Positions 52,027-63,453 of a DNA stretch of 64,000 nt are shown here, piece after piece. The stretch covers positions 2,720,001 to 2,784,000 of the forward strand of contig CBDCTK010000002.1 of NCBI GenBank assembly GCA_965222225.1. Direction: 5' to 3'. Both the position numbers and the translations under genes were made by a program. Numbering within the stretch: position 1 is the first letter of the stretch; every line of letters starts with the position of its first letter. The notes under the pieces were generated by a model. It was not told the origin of the DNA, did not search any database, and worked only from the letters and a program-made list of their open reading frames with translations. The stretch is from Candidatus Poribacteria bacterium (GTDB taxonomy: Bacteria > Poribacteria > WGA-4E > JAJDTR01).

Positions 52027-52191
52027 TTCCTCGTTCTCCCTCGTTTTGCATCTTACGCTTCACGAATTACGCAGCATCTTTCCCCACCCCCAAAATCAAT
52101 TTTCATTTGCCATCCGCTCAAACAATCGTGTACAATTTAGCGCCAACTTCTGAGAAACCCGTAACTCAGACACATCGTTAGCATTTCATGA

Positions 52192-52267
52192 TCTCCCGTA
52201 GCTCAGTTGGTAGAGCAGGTGGCTGTTAACCACTTTGTCGGCGGTTCGAATCCGTCCGGGAGAGCCA
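52192..52267 (+). tRNA. tRNA-Asn (GTT)
   Basis: 76-nt cloverleaf TCTCCCG...CGGGAGA-G-CCA, anticodon loop CTGTTAA, TTCGAAT T-loop. Confidence 0.96.
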
Positions 52268-52365
52268 TATTTTTTCCGATTGCCAACGTGGGCAACCCGT
52301 TGGCTAACACAAGACCCCGAGAGGATACCCCATCGGGGTCTTGTCGTATCTGGGGTTTTTTCAAC

Positions 52366-55077
52366 GTGAACTACGACAATCCGACTACCAAAGTAAATGA
52401 TTCCATTGCTAGGGCGCTCAAATTGCCGCGCGGCGCCACATTCCACCGTTGCGCGTTACGCGTTAACTCCTATGGTTGCAGCGGCAGCGTCCGGGAGCAG
52501 AGCAGTATCTCGGATGCCGAAACGCACGCAAAACACATTATCGCAAAGGCCGTGGAGTTACAGGTTGCCGTCCTAGCGATAACTGACTACAATGATGTTA
52601 GAGGTGTACCGGTTTTTCAGGATGCCGCCGCCCGCCACGAGATCCACGTATTCCCAGGATTCAAGCTTTCTTCAAGCGAGGGAGTGCCTGTCTTGTGCAT
52701 TTATCCCGAGGATACCAACAACGAACTGGATAACTTCCTCGGCGAGTTCGGAATTACACAGCCGGGGCAGTCTACAGACCTTTCGACCAGGAGTTTCATT
52801 GAGATTCTGCGCGTAGTTCGACAGCAGGGCGGTGTCACCATTGCTGCGCCTGCCGTGAAGGGCAATCTTCGCCTTGGCAACCTTGGGGATCAAGCAAAGA
52901 TTCAAGCGTGGAAAAACGAGAATCTAGTCGCCATCCAGATTCCGGGTCAGATTGAACATTTACCGCAGGATGTACGCTCAATTATTCAAAACGCGAACGA
53001 CAGATACCGGCGCGACCATCCCGCAGGCGAGGAAATGGCGATAGCGGTCGTCAATGCCAACAACATCGTGCAACCCGAAGACTTAGAACACCCCTCGGCA
53101 ACCTGCTGGATAAAGATGTCCGAAATCAGCGTTGAGGGTTTGAGACAGGCGTTCTTGGACCCGGGTTCACGTATCCGCCTTAACCCTCAAGACGAGTCGG
53201 AAAAACACGCCGAGTTGGTTGCAATAGCCTGGGAAGGAGGATTTCTTGATGGCGCGGCGGTGCATTTCAACCAAAACCTCAATGTTCTCGTGGGTGGGCG
53301 CGGCGCCGGTAAGTCCACAGTCATTGAAAGCGTGCGCTATGTGCTAGGTTTGGAGCCTATTGGCGAGGATGCACGCAAAGCCCACGAAGGAATCGTTCGC
53401 CAAGTGCTACGCAGCGGGACGAAAATTTCCCTTCTCGCGCAATGCATTCGCCCGACACCACATAAATACACAATTGAGCGCACGGTTCCGAACCCGCCAC
53501 TAGTTCGCCTTGAGGAGGGCGAGATATCGAACCTTCTTCCTGAAGAGGTTCTTCCTCGAATTGAAGTCTATGGGCAACACGAGATCTCGGAACTCACCAA
53601 CAGCCCGGAGAAACTCACGCGGCTCCTCAATCGATTTGTGGAGCGTGATGGGTCTCTGGAGCGGCGGAAGGCTGAGTTGCGCCGGGATCTGGAGAAAAAT
53701 AGGCGGTCGATTGTAGATGTACGCGACGAGCTGGGACAAATTGAAGATCGGCTGGCAACTCTTCCCGCCCTAGAAGAAACCCTTGAACGCTATAAGCAAG
53801 CCGGATTTGAAGAGCGTTTGAACGAGCAGAGTCTCTTGGTGCGCGAGGAGCGCGTGCTCGACTCAATCCCCGAGCGGCTGCGGACATTTGACGAATGCCT
53901 TGACCTTCTGCGACAGGAGATTCCCATTGATCGCGCATTCTTGTCACCGCGTGCGCTCAGTGACCTGCCCGGAAGGGAGATACTCACTGATGCCAATCAA
54001 GTGCTGGAGCACCTGAATCGTGACATTGCCCAGATTGTGGACCGACTCGAGGAAGCACTGAGACTTGCTAACGAAGGGATTTCCGAGATCAGGTCTCGTT
54101 GGAACGTGCGGGTGCGCGAGGTGCAGACCGCATACGAGAGTATCCTTCGCGACCTGCAGGCATTGGCAGTCGACGGAGAAGATTTCATTCGCCTGCGGCG
54201 CGAAATTGAAGGACTTCAACCCTTGCGACAGCGCCAATCCCTGTTGCAACGGCTCCAAAATGAGTACGTGACGCGTCGTCGGACGCTCCGCGATGAGTGG
54301 AAAAATTTGAAAGACGAAGAGATAGAGCTCCTCCGCCAAGCCGCAAGAAATGTTGGGAAAAAGCTCCCTGACCGCGTCCAAGTGGAGGTCACCGAGGCAG
54401 GCGATCGAGAGTCGCTGTTCCAGCTACTTCGTGATGAGATTGGGGGCCGCCTCTCCGAAGCTATTGATGCACTTAGGCAACCACAGAAACTCTCCCCACA
54501 AGAGTTAGCTAAGGAATTACGCGCAGGCACGGAAGCCGTGCAAAGAATCTACGCAATCCCATCCGGCCAGGCGGAGCGTCTCACGAAAGCCTCGGAGGAG
54601 GTTTTTATGAAGATCGAGGAGTTGGACTTGTCCCCAACAACGGCAATCCAACTCAACACCGCCCCAGCAGGAAAACCGCCCAACTGGCGAGCGCTCGAGG
54701 ACCTGTCAAAGGGCCAGAAAGCCACCGCCGTTCTCCTGCTCCTGCTGTTGGATTCCGATGCGCCATTGATTGTGGACCAACCGGAGGACGACCTTGACAA
54801 TCGCTTCATCACTGAGGGCATAGTCCCCAAGATGCGGGAGGAGAAACTTAGGAGGCAGTTCTTGTTCTCGACCCACAACGCCAATATCCCGGTTCTCGGC
54901 GATGCCGAACTCATCCTCGGACTCACGGCGATAGGTGAAGCCATCCAAGGAATGGCACAAATCGCGGCTGAACACATGGGATCTATTGACTCACAATCGA
55001 TTCAAGAATTGGTTAAGGACCTACTGGAAGGCGGTAAGGATGCCTTTGAGACACGGCGGTTGAAGTATGGCTTCTAA
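52366..55077 (+). CDS. PHP-domain plus SMC-like ABC ATPase (TrlF/Ppl-like defence protein)
   Basis: N-terminal PHP-like region, GGRGAGKST, coiled coil, LSKGQ, IVDQPEDDLDN, STHNAN. The ORF-track start overlaps the tRNA, so GTG 52366 is inferred. Confidence 0.85.
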   Translation: MNYDNPTTKVNDSIARALKLPRGATFHRCALRVNSYGCSGSVREQSSISDAETHAKHIIAKAVELQVAVLAITDYNDVRGVPVFQDAAARHEIHVFPGFKLSSSEGVPVLCIYPEDTNNELDNFLGEFGITQPGQSTDLSTRSFIEILRVVRQQGGVTIAAPAVKGNLRLGNLGDQAKIQAWKNENLVAIQIPGQIEHLPQDVRSIIQNANDRYRRDHPAGEEMAIAVVNANNIVQPEDLEHPSATCWIKMSEISVEGLRQAFLDPGSRIRLNPQDESEKHAELVAIAWEGGFLDGAAVHFNQNLNVLVGGRGAGKSTVIESVRYVLGLEPIGEDARKAHEGIVRQVLRSGTKISLLAQCIRPTPHKYTIERTVPNPPLVRLEEGEISNLLPEEVLPRIEVYGQHEISELTNSPEKLTRLLNRFVERDGSLERRKAELRRDLEKNRRSIVDVRDELGQIEDRLATLPALEETLERYKQAGFEERLNEQSLLVREERVLDSIPERLRTFDECLDLLRQEIPIDRAFLSPRALSDLPGREILTDANQVLEHLNRDIAQIVDRLEEALRLANEGISEIRSRWNVRVREVQTAYESILRDLQALAVDGEDFIRLRREIEGLQPLRQRQSLLQRLQNEYVTRRRTLRDEWKNLKDEEIELLRQAARNVGKKLPDRVQVEVTEAGDRESLFQLLRDEIGGRLSEAIDALRQPQKLSPQELAKELRAGTEAVQRIYAIPSGQAERLTKASEEVFMKIEELDLSPTTAIQLNTAPAGKPPNWRALEDLSKGQKATAVLLLLLLDSDAPLIVDQPEDDLDNRFITEGIVPKMREEKLRRQFLFSTHNANIPVLGDAELILGLTAIGEAIQGMAQIAAEHMGSIDSQSIQELVKDLLEGGKDAFETRRLKYGF

Positions 55078-55086
55078 GGAGGCAGA

Positions 55087-56307
55087 ATGAACAAAAGCGA
55101 GCTACAGGAGCTTATTCACAATCCGGAAGATTCAGGTGTGGAGTTCAAGCGCGACGATGTTGCAAACCACGACTTAGCCAAGGAACTCGTCGCATTCCTG
55201 AACCTCGAAGGTGGAACCGTTCTGCTAGGAGTCGAGAAGGACGGATCAATCACGGGCACCACACGCGAAAACCTTGAAGAGTGGGTTGCGGAACTTTGCC
55301 GGGTAAAGATTGATCCGCCGATAATTCCGTTTCTTTCTTGGGTGAGGGAGGCACTGCCGGGCCGCGATGTTCTCGCCGTTAGAGTGCCTATAGGACCAGA
55401 TAAACCCTACGCTCGGGTTCACAATGGTCGTACGACCTATTTCATCCGCGTCGGAAGCACTTCACAGGAGGCGAGCCGGGACGAACTTGAGCGTATGTTC
55501 CAGGCGTCGGGACATCTGCACTACGGCGTGAAACCCGTGCCGGGTGCCGGATTCGACGGTTTAGATTATCGCCGACTACGCGATTACCTGACTCGCGTCC
55601 TCGGCGGACAGGAGCCCGCAGATGTTGATTCTGAAGGCTGGCAGACTTTGCTTCTGAATCTAGATCTGATGACGCTGTCGGCAGGGATGGCGCTTGCTAC
55701 GATTGATGGGTTGCTTCTCTTTGGAAGAACGCCGAAGAGATTCCTGCCGCAATCCGGCATTCGCGCCGTTTGCTTTCCGGGAACTGAACCCGATTACGCG
55801 ACACGCGCCGACGAGAACTTACGCGGGCCAATGGTTTCGTTGCGCGCCGCAAACGGCGACATCATTGAAGCCGGTCTCGTCGAACAGGCGTGGGACTTCG
55901 TTCGGCGTAACACCACACCAATAGCTAACATAGAAGACACACAGAGGGTTGATTCCTGGCAATACCCCGAGAGTGTGGTCCGCGAAGCTGTCGTGAATGC
56001 CCTCGTTCATCGCGATTACAGCATCGCGGGTACCGACATAATGCTGGAAATCTATTCTGATCGCTTGGAGATCGCCAGTCCCGGGCGACTCCCCAACACA
56101 ATAACCCCGGACGGAATGAAAGCGGGGGCACGTTACGCTCGCAACCAAATACTGGTTAATATCATGCGTGACTACGGTTACGCCGAGGCAAGAGGCATGG
56201 GCGTTCGAAACAAGATTATTCCCGGCATGTTCGCCCACAATGGCACCGAGCCAGATCTGATAGCTGAGACAAATCGTTTCATCGTACGGTTGTGGATGGA
56301 GTCCTGA
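55087..56307 (+). CDS. AlbA_2 (Schlafen-like) plus HATPase_c_4 protein
   Basis: EDSGVEFK, AFLNLEGGTVLLGV, REAVVNALVHRDY, SPGRLP. Confidence 0.88.
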   Translation: MNKSELQELIHNPEDSGVEFKRDDVANHDLAKELVAFLNLEGGTVLLGVEKDGSITGTTRENLEEWVAELCRVKIDPPIIPFLSWVREALPGRDVLAVRVPIGPDKPYARVHNGRTTYFIRVGSTSQEASRDELERMFQASGHLHYGVKPVPGAGFDGLDYRRLRDYLTRVLGGQEPADVDSEGWQTLLLNLDLMTLSAGMALATIDGLLLFGRTPKRFLPQSGIRAVCFPGTEPDYATRADENLRGPMVSLRAANGDIIEAGLVEQAWDFVRRNTTPIANIEDTQRVDSWQYPESVVREAVVNALVHRDYSIAGTDIMLEIYSDRLEIASPGRLPNTITPDGMKAGARYARNQILVNIMRDYGYAEARGMGVRNKIIPGMFAHNGTEPDLIAETNRFIVRLWMES

Positions 56308-56526
56308 AGCAAGCTAGTCTTAACCAATGTAATGTCTGGGCGGGACAGAGCACAGTATTGGGCTTACCTCGCTGAGGGAAACGAGCGAGGTTGACGTGTA
56401 GATCTACCCCAAACATATGGGACAGGCCGACTCGCTACCGATACAACTTTCGGCTAATGATTTCCGCGAAGATAGGACGGATGCTCTTGAGACATGACGA
56501 TTTAACGACTGTTACTGAGGACGGCC

Positions 56527-57762
56527 ATGAACAGCACTGAATTGAACGAACTGATTCGCAACGGAGAAAATTCGGGAGTTGAATTCAAGCGTGACGAGAT
56601 TCACCCGGACGAACTGGCTAAAGAACTCTCAGCAATGCTCAATTTCGAAGGCGGGAAGATTTTGCTTGGGGTTGAGGATGATGGCAGCATCACAGGATTG
56701 ACAGGGAGCCGTGAGAAGGCGGAAGAGAGGGTAATGAACATTGCACGCCAAAACCTGCAACCCGGGATTATCACATCATGGTCTTGTATAACGCCAGACG
56801 ATGGCAAGGTTGTCGGTGTAGTAGAACTGCCCGCCGATGGTCCCGGTAAACCGTACAAAGCTAGGCGCGGTAAGGCCTGGGTGACCTTTATCCGAGTGGG
56901 AACCACATCACGCGAGGCAACGCGTGACGAGGAAACGCGTCTTTATCAAGCAAGCCGCTTAATTCGGTACGATATTAGTCCCGTTCCCGACACAGGGCTG
57001 GATAGCCTTGATCTCGATCGGATCGAGAACTACTTTCGCGTCATCCTACAACGGGATGCTCCTGCGGTTGAAGATAGCGAAGCTTGGCATCAGATCCTAG
57101 TGAACATTGACCTGCTTACTGAATCAGGGAGAGCCACCGTGGCTACGGTAGCAGGAATGTTGATTTTCGGCGAATATCCAAATCGCAGACTGCCTCAGGC
57201 TGGCATTACGGCAACGGCTTTTCCGGGCCAAGAGAAAGACTACGACACGATTGACGAGGAACTCATCAGAGGACCTTTGGTCTCGCTTTTATCGGCAAAA
57301 AAGCGCCCAGTGGAAAAGGGCGTTATCGACCGAGCGGTGGACTTCGTTGAACGCAACATGGGTACAAGTGCCTGGCTTGAAGGGGGCCGACGTCGGCGGA
57401 AGAAGGCACTTCCAAAGGATGCCATCCGTGAGAGCATCGTGAACGCGGTCGTCCACCGAGACTACACACTTATCGGCACGGATATTGAAATTTCGCTGTA
57501 CCAGGATCGCTTTGAAGTCATTTCACCCGGTCGGCTGCCCAACGGCGTGAACGTGGAGAAGATGAAGGAGGGGCTGCGGGCAGCCAGAAACGAACAGCTA
57601 AAAGAAATCCTGCGCGACTATGGTTACGTGGAACACCTCGGCATGGGTGTCCGCAACCGAATTATTGGGTCCATGCGTGTGCATAACGGCACCGAACCCG
57701 ACCTGATTGAGGATGAAAGTCGTTTCATCGTCCGTTTGTGGAAGAAACCTAAAGGCACATGA
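56527..57762 (+). CDS. AlbA_2 plus HATPase_c_4 protein, paralog
   Basis: ENSGVEFK, RESIVNAVVHRDY, SPGRLP. Confidence 0.88.
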   Translation: MNSTELNELIRNGENSGVEFKRDEIHPDELAKELSAMLNFEGGKILLGVEDDGSITGLTGSREKAEERVMNIARQNLQPGIITSWSCITPDDGKVVGVVELPADGPGKPYKARRGKAWVTFIRVGTTSREATRDEETRLYQASRLIRYDISPVPDTGLDSLDLDRIENYFRVILQRDAPAVEDSEAWHQILVNIDLLTESGRATVATVAGMLIFGEYPNRRLPQAGITATAFPGQEKDYDTIDEELIRGPLVSLLSAKKRPVEKGVIDRAVDFVERNMGTSAWLEGGRRRRKKALPKDAIRESIVNAVVHRDYTLIGTDIEISLYQDRFEVISPGRLPNGVNVEKMKEGLRAARNEQLKEILRDYGYVEHLGMGVRNRIIGSMRVHNGTEPDLIEDESRFIVRLWKKPKGT

Positions 57763-57853
57763 TTTCTAACGAATTCTAGCATCTGTCACAGGCCGCGCGT
57801 ATCGGGCGTCTGCGCTCTGCTCAGGTCCCGACGCTACAAGGTGATAGCTGACT

Positions 57854-58035
57854 ATGGCACTGAAGAAATCCCAAATCTACGCCTCTCTCTGGCAAAGTTG
57901 CGACGCGCTCATTGACTCCCTGACGGCGGTGGCTTTGCCGACATGGTGAAGCTAAACGGTGACATTGAGATTGACGACAAATTCAACAAGATTATCGGCA
58001 AGTTCGCCGAGGCAAACGAACTTAAGGAGGTCTTG
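57854..58035 (+). pseudogene. hsdM: Type I R-M methyltransferase (HsdM) N-terminal remnant
   Basis: MALKKSQIYASLWQSCDAL joined to GGGFADMVKLNGDIEIDDKFNKIIGKFAEANELKEV; internal deletion and truncation. Confidence 0.65.
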
Positions 58036-58108
58036 TCGTATCTGGCACCCGTTCAACGGGTTGTGTCCCCTCAAACAACCGATAATTCCTAACGTAGAGG
58101 CATGATCA

Positions 58109-58453
58109 ATGATCAAAGGTGTGCACACGATGTTCTACTCTTCGGAGCCGGAGGCGTTGCGCGAGTTCCTCCGCGACAAACTTGGCTTCGACTCCTATAC
58201 GGACGTTGGCGGTGGATGGCTCATCTTCGATCTGCCGGAGGCGGACATGGGGGTGCACCCCGCCGATCCGAGCGGCGAACATGGTGCACCCGCCGGCACC
58301 CACGACATCTCCTTCTACTGCGACGACATCAATGCCACGGTCGCGGAGTTAGGAAGCCGTGGTGTGGTCTTTGATGGTGAGGTAGTTGATGCCGGATTCG
58401 GTCTGGTGGTACACTTCGAGATGCCGGGCGGTGTGCGTGTGCAACTCTACTAG
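58109..58453 (+). CDS. VOC/glyoxalase-family protein
   Basis: HTMFYS, GGGWLIF, ISFYCDDI; may be shortened by a TAG before PHYEK. Confidence 0.82.
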   Translation: MIKGVHTMFYSSEPEALREFLRDKLGFDSYTDVGGGWLIFDLPEADMGVHPADPSGEHGAPAGTHDISFYCDDINATVAELGSRGVVFDGEVVDAGFGLVVHFEMPGGVRVQLY

Positions 58454-58588
58454 CCCCATTACGAAAAAGGTACGGGCTGAAGCGCGACAGGCAAAGATAT
58501 TGGTTTGCTGCCGGCGCCATTCTTAAACTGTTAGGCAAGGACACCTAGGCGCTTTACCCATCTCACTAAGCACAAGGAGAACAGAATC

Positions 58589-59026
58589 ATGCATGAAGTC
58601 AATCTTCTGGCGGTGCTGGCTGCCGGAATCGTTCCGATGGTTGTCGGCGCCCTCTGGTATGGCCCGCTATTCGGCAAACGGTGGCTCGAACTGATGGAAA
58701 CCACCGCGGAGGAGATTCAAGAAGGTTTCAACCCGTTGAAGACGTATGGTGTGAGTTTCTTGCTGGCGTTGGTTACCGCGTTTATCTTGGCGCAGTTGTT
58801 CGCCGGGATGGGTGGAGCCGAGCCCGTCGTCTCAATCACCGGCAAGAGCGGGGACGCGCTGGCGGGCGTTTACTTGGCGATCATGGCGCTGATTGCTTTC
58901 ATCCTCCCGGTCGGCTACCAGTCGGTCGCTTTTGAGAAGCGGAAGGCGGGGCTCTTCTGGCTCAACCTGGGTCATAACGGAGTGGCGCTTCTCGGGCAGG
59001 CGGTGATAGTCGCTGCCTGGAGTTGA
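58589..59026 (+). CDS. DUF1761-like membrane protein
   Basis: VGALWYGPLFGKRW and four TM segments. Confidence 0.8.
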   Translation: MHEVNLLAVLAAGIVPMVVGALWYGPLFGKRWLELMETTAEEIQEGFNPLKTYGVSFLLALVTAFILAQLFAGMGGAEPVVSITGKSGDALAGVYLAIMALIAFILPVGYQSVAFEKRKAGLFWLNLGHNGVALLGQAVIVAAWS

Positions 59027-59177
59027 TCATGAGGTCTAGTTTGTCGTTTGACCTCTGCGCCGTGGTCGAAGAAGCCGTACGTTTCCGGAGCGAGAACTGA
59101 AGGATTGTAAATTGGCTAGCCTAAGACAATCTGGAGAGGCCAATTGGGACGACGATAAAGCTAGACAAGGTTGGTTT

Positions 59178-59504
59178 ATGATGAAACGAGAACTAGACCA
59201 GAGCACGTTGGACGATATCATTCGGCGCGTAGTTGAGGTAGCCCAGCCGGAGCGAATCATACTCTTTGGGTCCGCCGTTCGAGGCTTGATGGCACGGAAT
59301 AGCGATGTCGATCTGCTCATCGTCAAAGAGGGGGGCGACGCGAAGAATCTCAGGGCACGGATTTACGAGAACCTCTACGGAGTGCGTGTTGCGGTCGATG
59401 CGATACTGGTTTCGCCGGCGGATCTTGAGCGATACAAAGACAGCCACGCTTTGGTCATCAAGCCCGCCTTGCAAGAAGGTAGGGTCGTGTATGAAGCCTC
59501 CTGA
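59178..59504 (+). CDS. MNT-family nucleotidyltransferase (antitoxin)
   Basis: IILFGSAVRG...SDVDLLIV. Confidence 0.88.
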   Translation: MMKRELDQSTLDDIIRRVVEVAQPERIILFGSAVRGLMARNSDVDLLIVKEGGDAKNLRARIYENLYGVRVAVDAILVSPADLERYKDSHALVIKPALQEGRVVYEAS

Positions 59505-59559
59505 ACGATTTCCGCCCGATGATCCGCGAGAGTGGTTAAACCGCGCCAGTGTCCCGTGA
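59491..59559 (+). pseudogene. HEPN partner gene, truncated after about 20 codons
   Basis: MKPPERFPPDDPREWLNRA overlaps the MNT stop and resembles HEPN N-termini. Confidence 0.6.
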
Positions 59560-61151
59560 AGGTCCCAGCGTAACTGTGTTTGTATCCGGTCGGGAGAGGC
59601 ACTTACCGGGACGGGTTAGAAAATCTCGGTTTTGGTGAACAGTGGACATCGGAAAATCGGACTCTTCCAGAATCTTCACGAGTGATCGAACCCGGAGCGG
59701 TAATGCATGCGATGCTAAACGGTAGCCGTCATAATTGCGGTTGGTCGCTCGTGAATGGTTTACATCCATTGCCTAAATAGCGCCGAATTCACATTTGCAG
59801 GCACGTACCACTTCTTTTTGAACGGATCCCACCGTCCGCCGAGTTTCTTGCACTCATCCTTGTCGGAATAAGGGCAGTTCAAATAGATACGGTCTTCAGA
59901 CTGCGCGGTAAAAATTTTTGCTTGATTCTGTTCCTCAATCAGTTTTGTCGGCGGGGCATCCTTACCTTTGCAAAACCGGCACACCCTCCCATGTCCTCCT
60001 TTGCCTTTCTTCAACTTCTGATCGAAGAAGTCGGCTAGCGGTTTGATTTCGCCGCATCGGCTGCAGACCTTGCTATTCTTCTTGTTGAGAGCCTCCTGAA
60101 GTTTCTTTTGTTCCTCAATGAGCTTTGGCGGTTCGCGCTCAATATCGATTTTTGCGAGCATCTTTCGCAAGCGCTCATCGATCGTTTTGACCGGGTCATC
60201 ACCTATTGTGAACCGGTTGATTCGAAGAAAGCGGTATCCATACCCTTCCAAAATTTTCTGACGTTCGACATCCTCAGGCTTCATGTAGAATTCATAATTA
60301 GTCTCATCAACTTCGTCGAGATGGTCGAAGTGCTCCTTGAAGCCGTCATATTCGATAACAATCTTAGCAGTCTCGCGCTTGCCGCTTACCTTGATTAGGA
60401 AATCGACCTTGTAATTTGGGTGCATGTAGCTTGGATCGAGCTGGCGGAGGTAGGCACCGAGTTCAAACTGAGCATCGATTTCCACACGCTCGCCGAGTTC
60501 ATCCAAGAGCGGAACCCCACGCAGCCAGTTCAGGACCTGAAGTTCCATAGGTGAATTTGGATCCACTTCATCGGCCTCCGGTCCCTTACGGCCCTTCTCC
60601 AAAACTCCACGATAATGCGACAATGCAACCTGGATTCCCCCCTGCATGCCTTCAATGGGCTTCGAATGAAAAATGATTATCCGTTCCTTCGCGCGGCTGA
60701 ACCCGACGTTCAGGCGCTGAAGGCGAAGTTTTTCTTCGACATCATGGTCGTGGGTAATGTCTTTTGCGAAAATGTAATTAAGCCGATCACGGAGTGGCGT
60801 TGCGACCATTGAATAGATACAGACCTCAGCTTCCTCTCCTTGGCAGGTGTCAAAGGTGAAGACTCGAAGCCGGAGGCTGTCACTTAGATCGTTTCCATCT
60901 GGTAGTTCCCGCACACGTTCGAGAATAAGTCTCTGCTGCTCGTTGAATGGCGTAATCACACAGACATCCGGCGGGTTGTCGGATTTGCCAAGAGTTTTTA
61001 GGTAATCAATGACCGCGTCTGCTTCAAGCCGATTCGTGTTCCCCTTAATTTCGTGCAAGCCGTCATGCTCAAGTTCTACGAACTCAATGACCTCATCAAT
61101 CGGTTTACCTCGGATCTTCACAGCCTGCAGAGACCCGCCGTAAAAATACTT

Positions 61152-62400
61152 CGGAATTAGTAGCTTGTAGCTTTTAGACTGACGACAAACATAAAACTTG
61201 GTACCCTGTCGTAAATCTTTTCGTCACACGTAGATGTCCATAGTGACTATTCTTCTCGTAGGAGTTTGCTATGGACATTTTGAATCTTATGAAAGAGTTT
61301 CCAAATCAAGAATCTTGTCTCAGATTTATAGAGGAAAAACGTTGGAAGGACGGTGTTTGCTGTATCCACTGTGGCAGTGAAAAAGTTGGACGCAAGAACA
61401 AAAACGACATTACTACTGGTTGGAATTGCTACGATTGTGAATCTAGCTTTTCGGCTACAGCAGGAACCATCTTCCATGGTACCAAGATACCTCTCCAGAA
61501 ATGGTTTTTGGCTATCTCAATTCTTTCCAATGCCAAGAAAAGCATATCGAGTTGTCAGCTTGCTCGTGACTTGGACATGAATCAAAAGTCCGCTTGGTAT
61601 ATGGCAATGCGCCTCCGTGAGAAAATGAGTGATAGTGATGAATTGCTGAAAGGGATAGTTGAAGCGGACGAAACCTATGTCGGCGGCAAACCCAGAGCAA
61701 AATCTAAGAGAGGTAGAGGCACAAATAAATCTCCCGTCATCGGCGTAGTCGAGAGAGGCGGTCGGGTGGTTGCTAAATTCATGAAGGTTCTATCTGGTGA
61801 AAATATCAGAGAATTCATCCTTAGCAATGTCTCACCCGATGAGTCTATTCTTATGACTGATGAATTTCGCTCTTACAATAGTCTGGACGAAGATATCGAA
61901 AGACATGTTATCCATCACCAAGAGAGATATGTTTCTGAGGACGGCGTAACTCACACCAACACCATCGAGTCGTTTTGGGCTTGTGTCAAGAGGTCATTCT
62001 ACGGAACGCATCATCACTACAGCAAGAAGTGGCTGCCACTGTATATCATGGAGTCTTGCTGGAAATATAATCGCAGAAAAGATGATGAGATTTTCATAAG
62101 ATTTTTTGATGAATGCTTCACCTGAGCCACATGAATTGTTTGGCTATCGGTATATTCTGTCAACGACAACATCATGGTGTGCTGAAAATCCCATAGTGTT
62201 GGAAATTAAAATCCCGCAGATAACCCGCAATGCTCCCGCGAGCATGTACAAACGCTTGGTCAACATGATATGCCTCCATTTCTCTCTTATAGAGATGTAT
62301 TTTAGTGTGAATCAAGATTCCGAACACTGTCTAAAATGATTGTACATTAAGAAGAGAAAAGCAAGCAAATCGACCAAAAAGCAGTTAACTACTAAGTCCC
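61152..62400 (+). mobile_element. IS1595-family (ISXO2-like) element, transposase ORF 61271-62125
   Basis: Zn ribbon, VEADETYVGG, MTDE, HTNTIESFW; imperfect IRs CGGAATTAGTAG/CTACTAAGTCCC; 8-bp TSD AAATACTT. Confidence 0.92.
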
Positions 62401-62409
62401 AAATACTTT

Positions 62410-63453
62410 TAGGAGTTACGCAGTTGGCTGAAGCGTATAAAGAGGTTGTGCCAAATAAGCCCGTACCGCATCTCTGACAATAGAGAGTTTTGCATCAAAC
62501 CAACTGATACCGGTATGATAGCAATAGTGCTCAATTCTCAGAAAGGCTCTCAGCGCTAAACCGATATGATTTCTTTGAGTGCGAGCAGAGCGCACTTGTG
62601 CGCGTTCAATGCCAACAAATTGCTTAATCCCGCGATGATATTCTTCTATTGTCCAAGACCATTCGGCATATTTGAGACGCGTCAATTCGTCCATCTGTAA
62701 ATCATTCGTTGCCCAATATTCAATGTCACCTTCTGGAGTGTCAACCTTAAATACTCGAATCAATCCATAGCCTTTGAGATGGACAATTGTACCTGTTGAT
62801 TCACTCGGAAGCGTACTCACCGGACGGTTACCGGAATAATCTTTACTGACAAGTCGGTTGGCAGCTAGACGAGTAAGCCACTTCCAACCATGACCTCGCA
62901 CCGCTTTTAGATTCTTTAGACTGGCATACCAACTATCAAAACACACACATTCAGGAGCAAAACCGCGTGTTTTCGCTTCTTCAAGCATGGCGCGGAAATG
63001 CTCATTCTTCGTCAAGCCGTCTTTGGCTTTATCATAGATTCGATAATCACACGGAATATGTCTATCGCCATCCGTCCAGAGCAAAGTGACCAAGTTAATC
63101 CCATTCACAACTCGGTGGTGTTTCCCTGACCAGTGTTTTGTCACGAGTTCAATCTTTTGTGAATAAGGTTTATCCAGAGTCGAGTCATCTATAACTAAAA
63201 TTCCGGATTCTAATTTCACCTGATTTCTCGATTCTTGCCACAGTTTGCCAGTATCGGGTTCCTCTCGATGCAAGAGCCGTGTTATCGAATCGTGAGCCGG
63301 AGGATTATCAGCTTGGGGTTGAACTTTTTCCGATTCAAGACAACTGTAACTTTTCTGAGCGGCTACCAAGAAATCAATATAGTCAGTGTCAGTATATTTA
63401 GGGGGATTCATACTCAAATTATAACCTATTTTCACTCAACTGCGTAACTCCTA
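62410..63453 (-). mobile_element. IS701-family insertion sequence, copy 2
   Basis: Protein identical to copy 1; same IRs; 5-bp TSD ACTTT. Confidence 0.93.

Noticed and set aside
52207-52365. N-terminal extension of the 956-aa ORF
   Set aside because: Overlaps tRNA-Asn and its downstream hairpins.
62145-62267. 40-codon minus-strand passenger ORF in IS1595
   Set aside because: Has an RBS but is too short and has no recognisable family.
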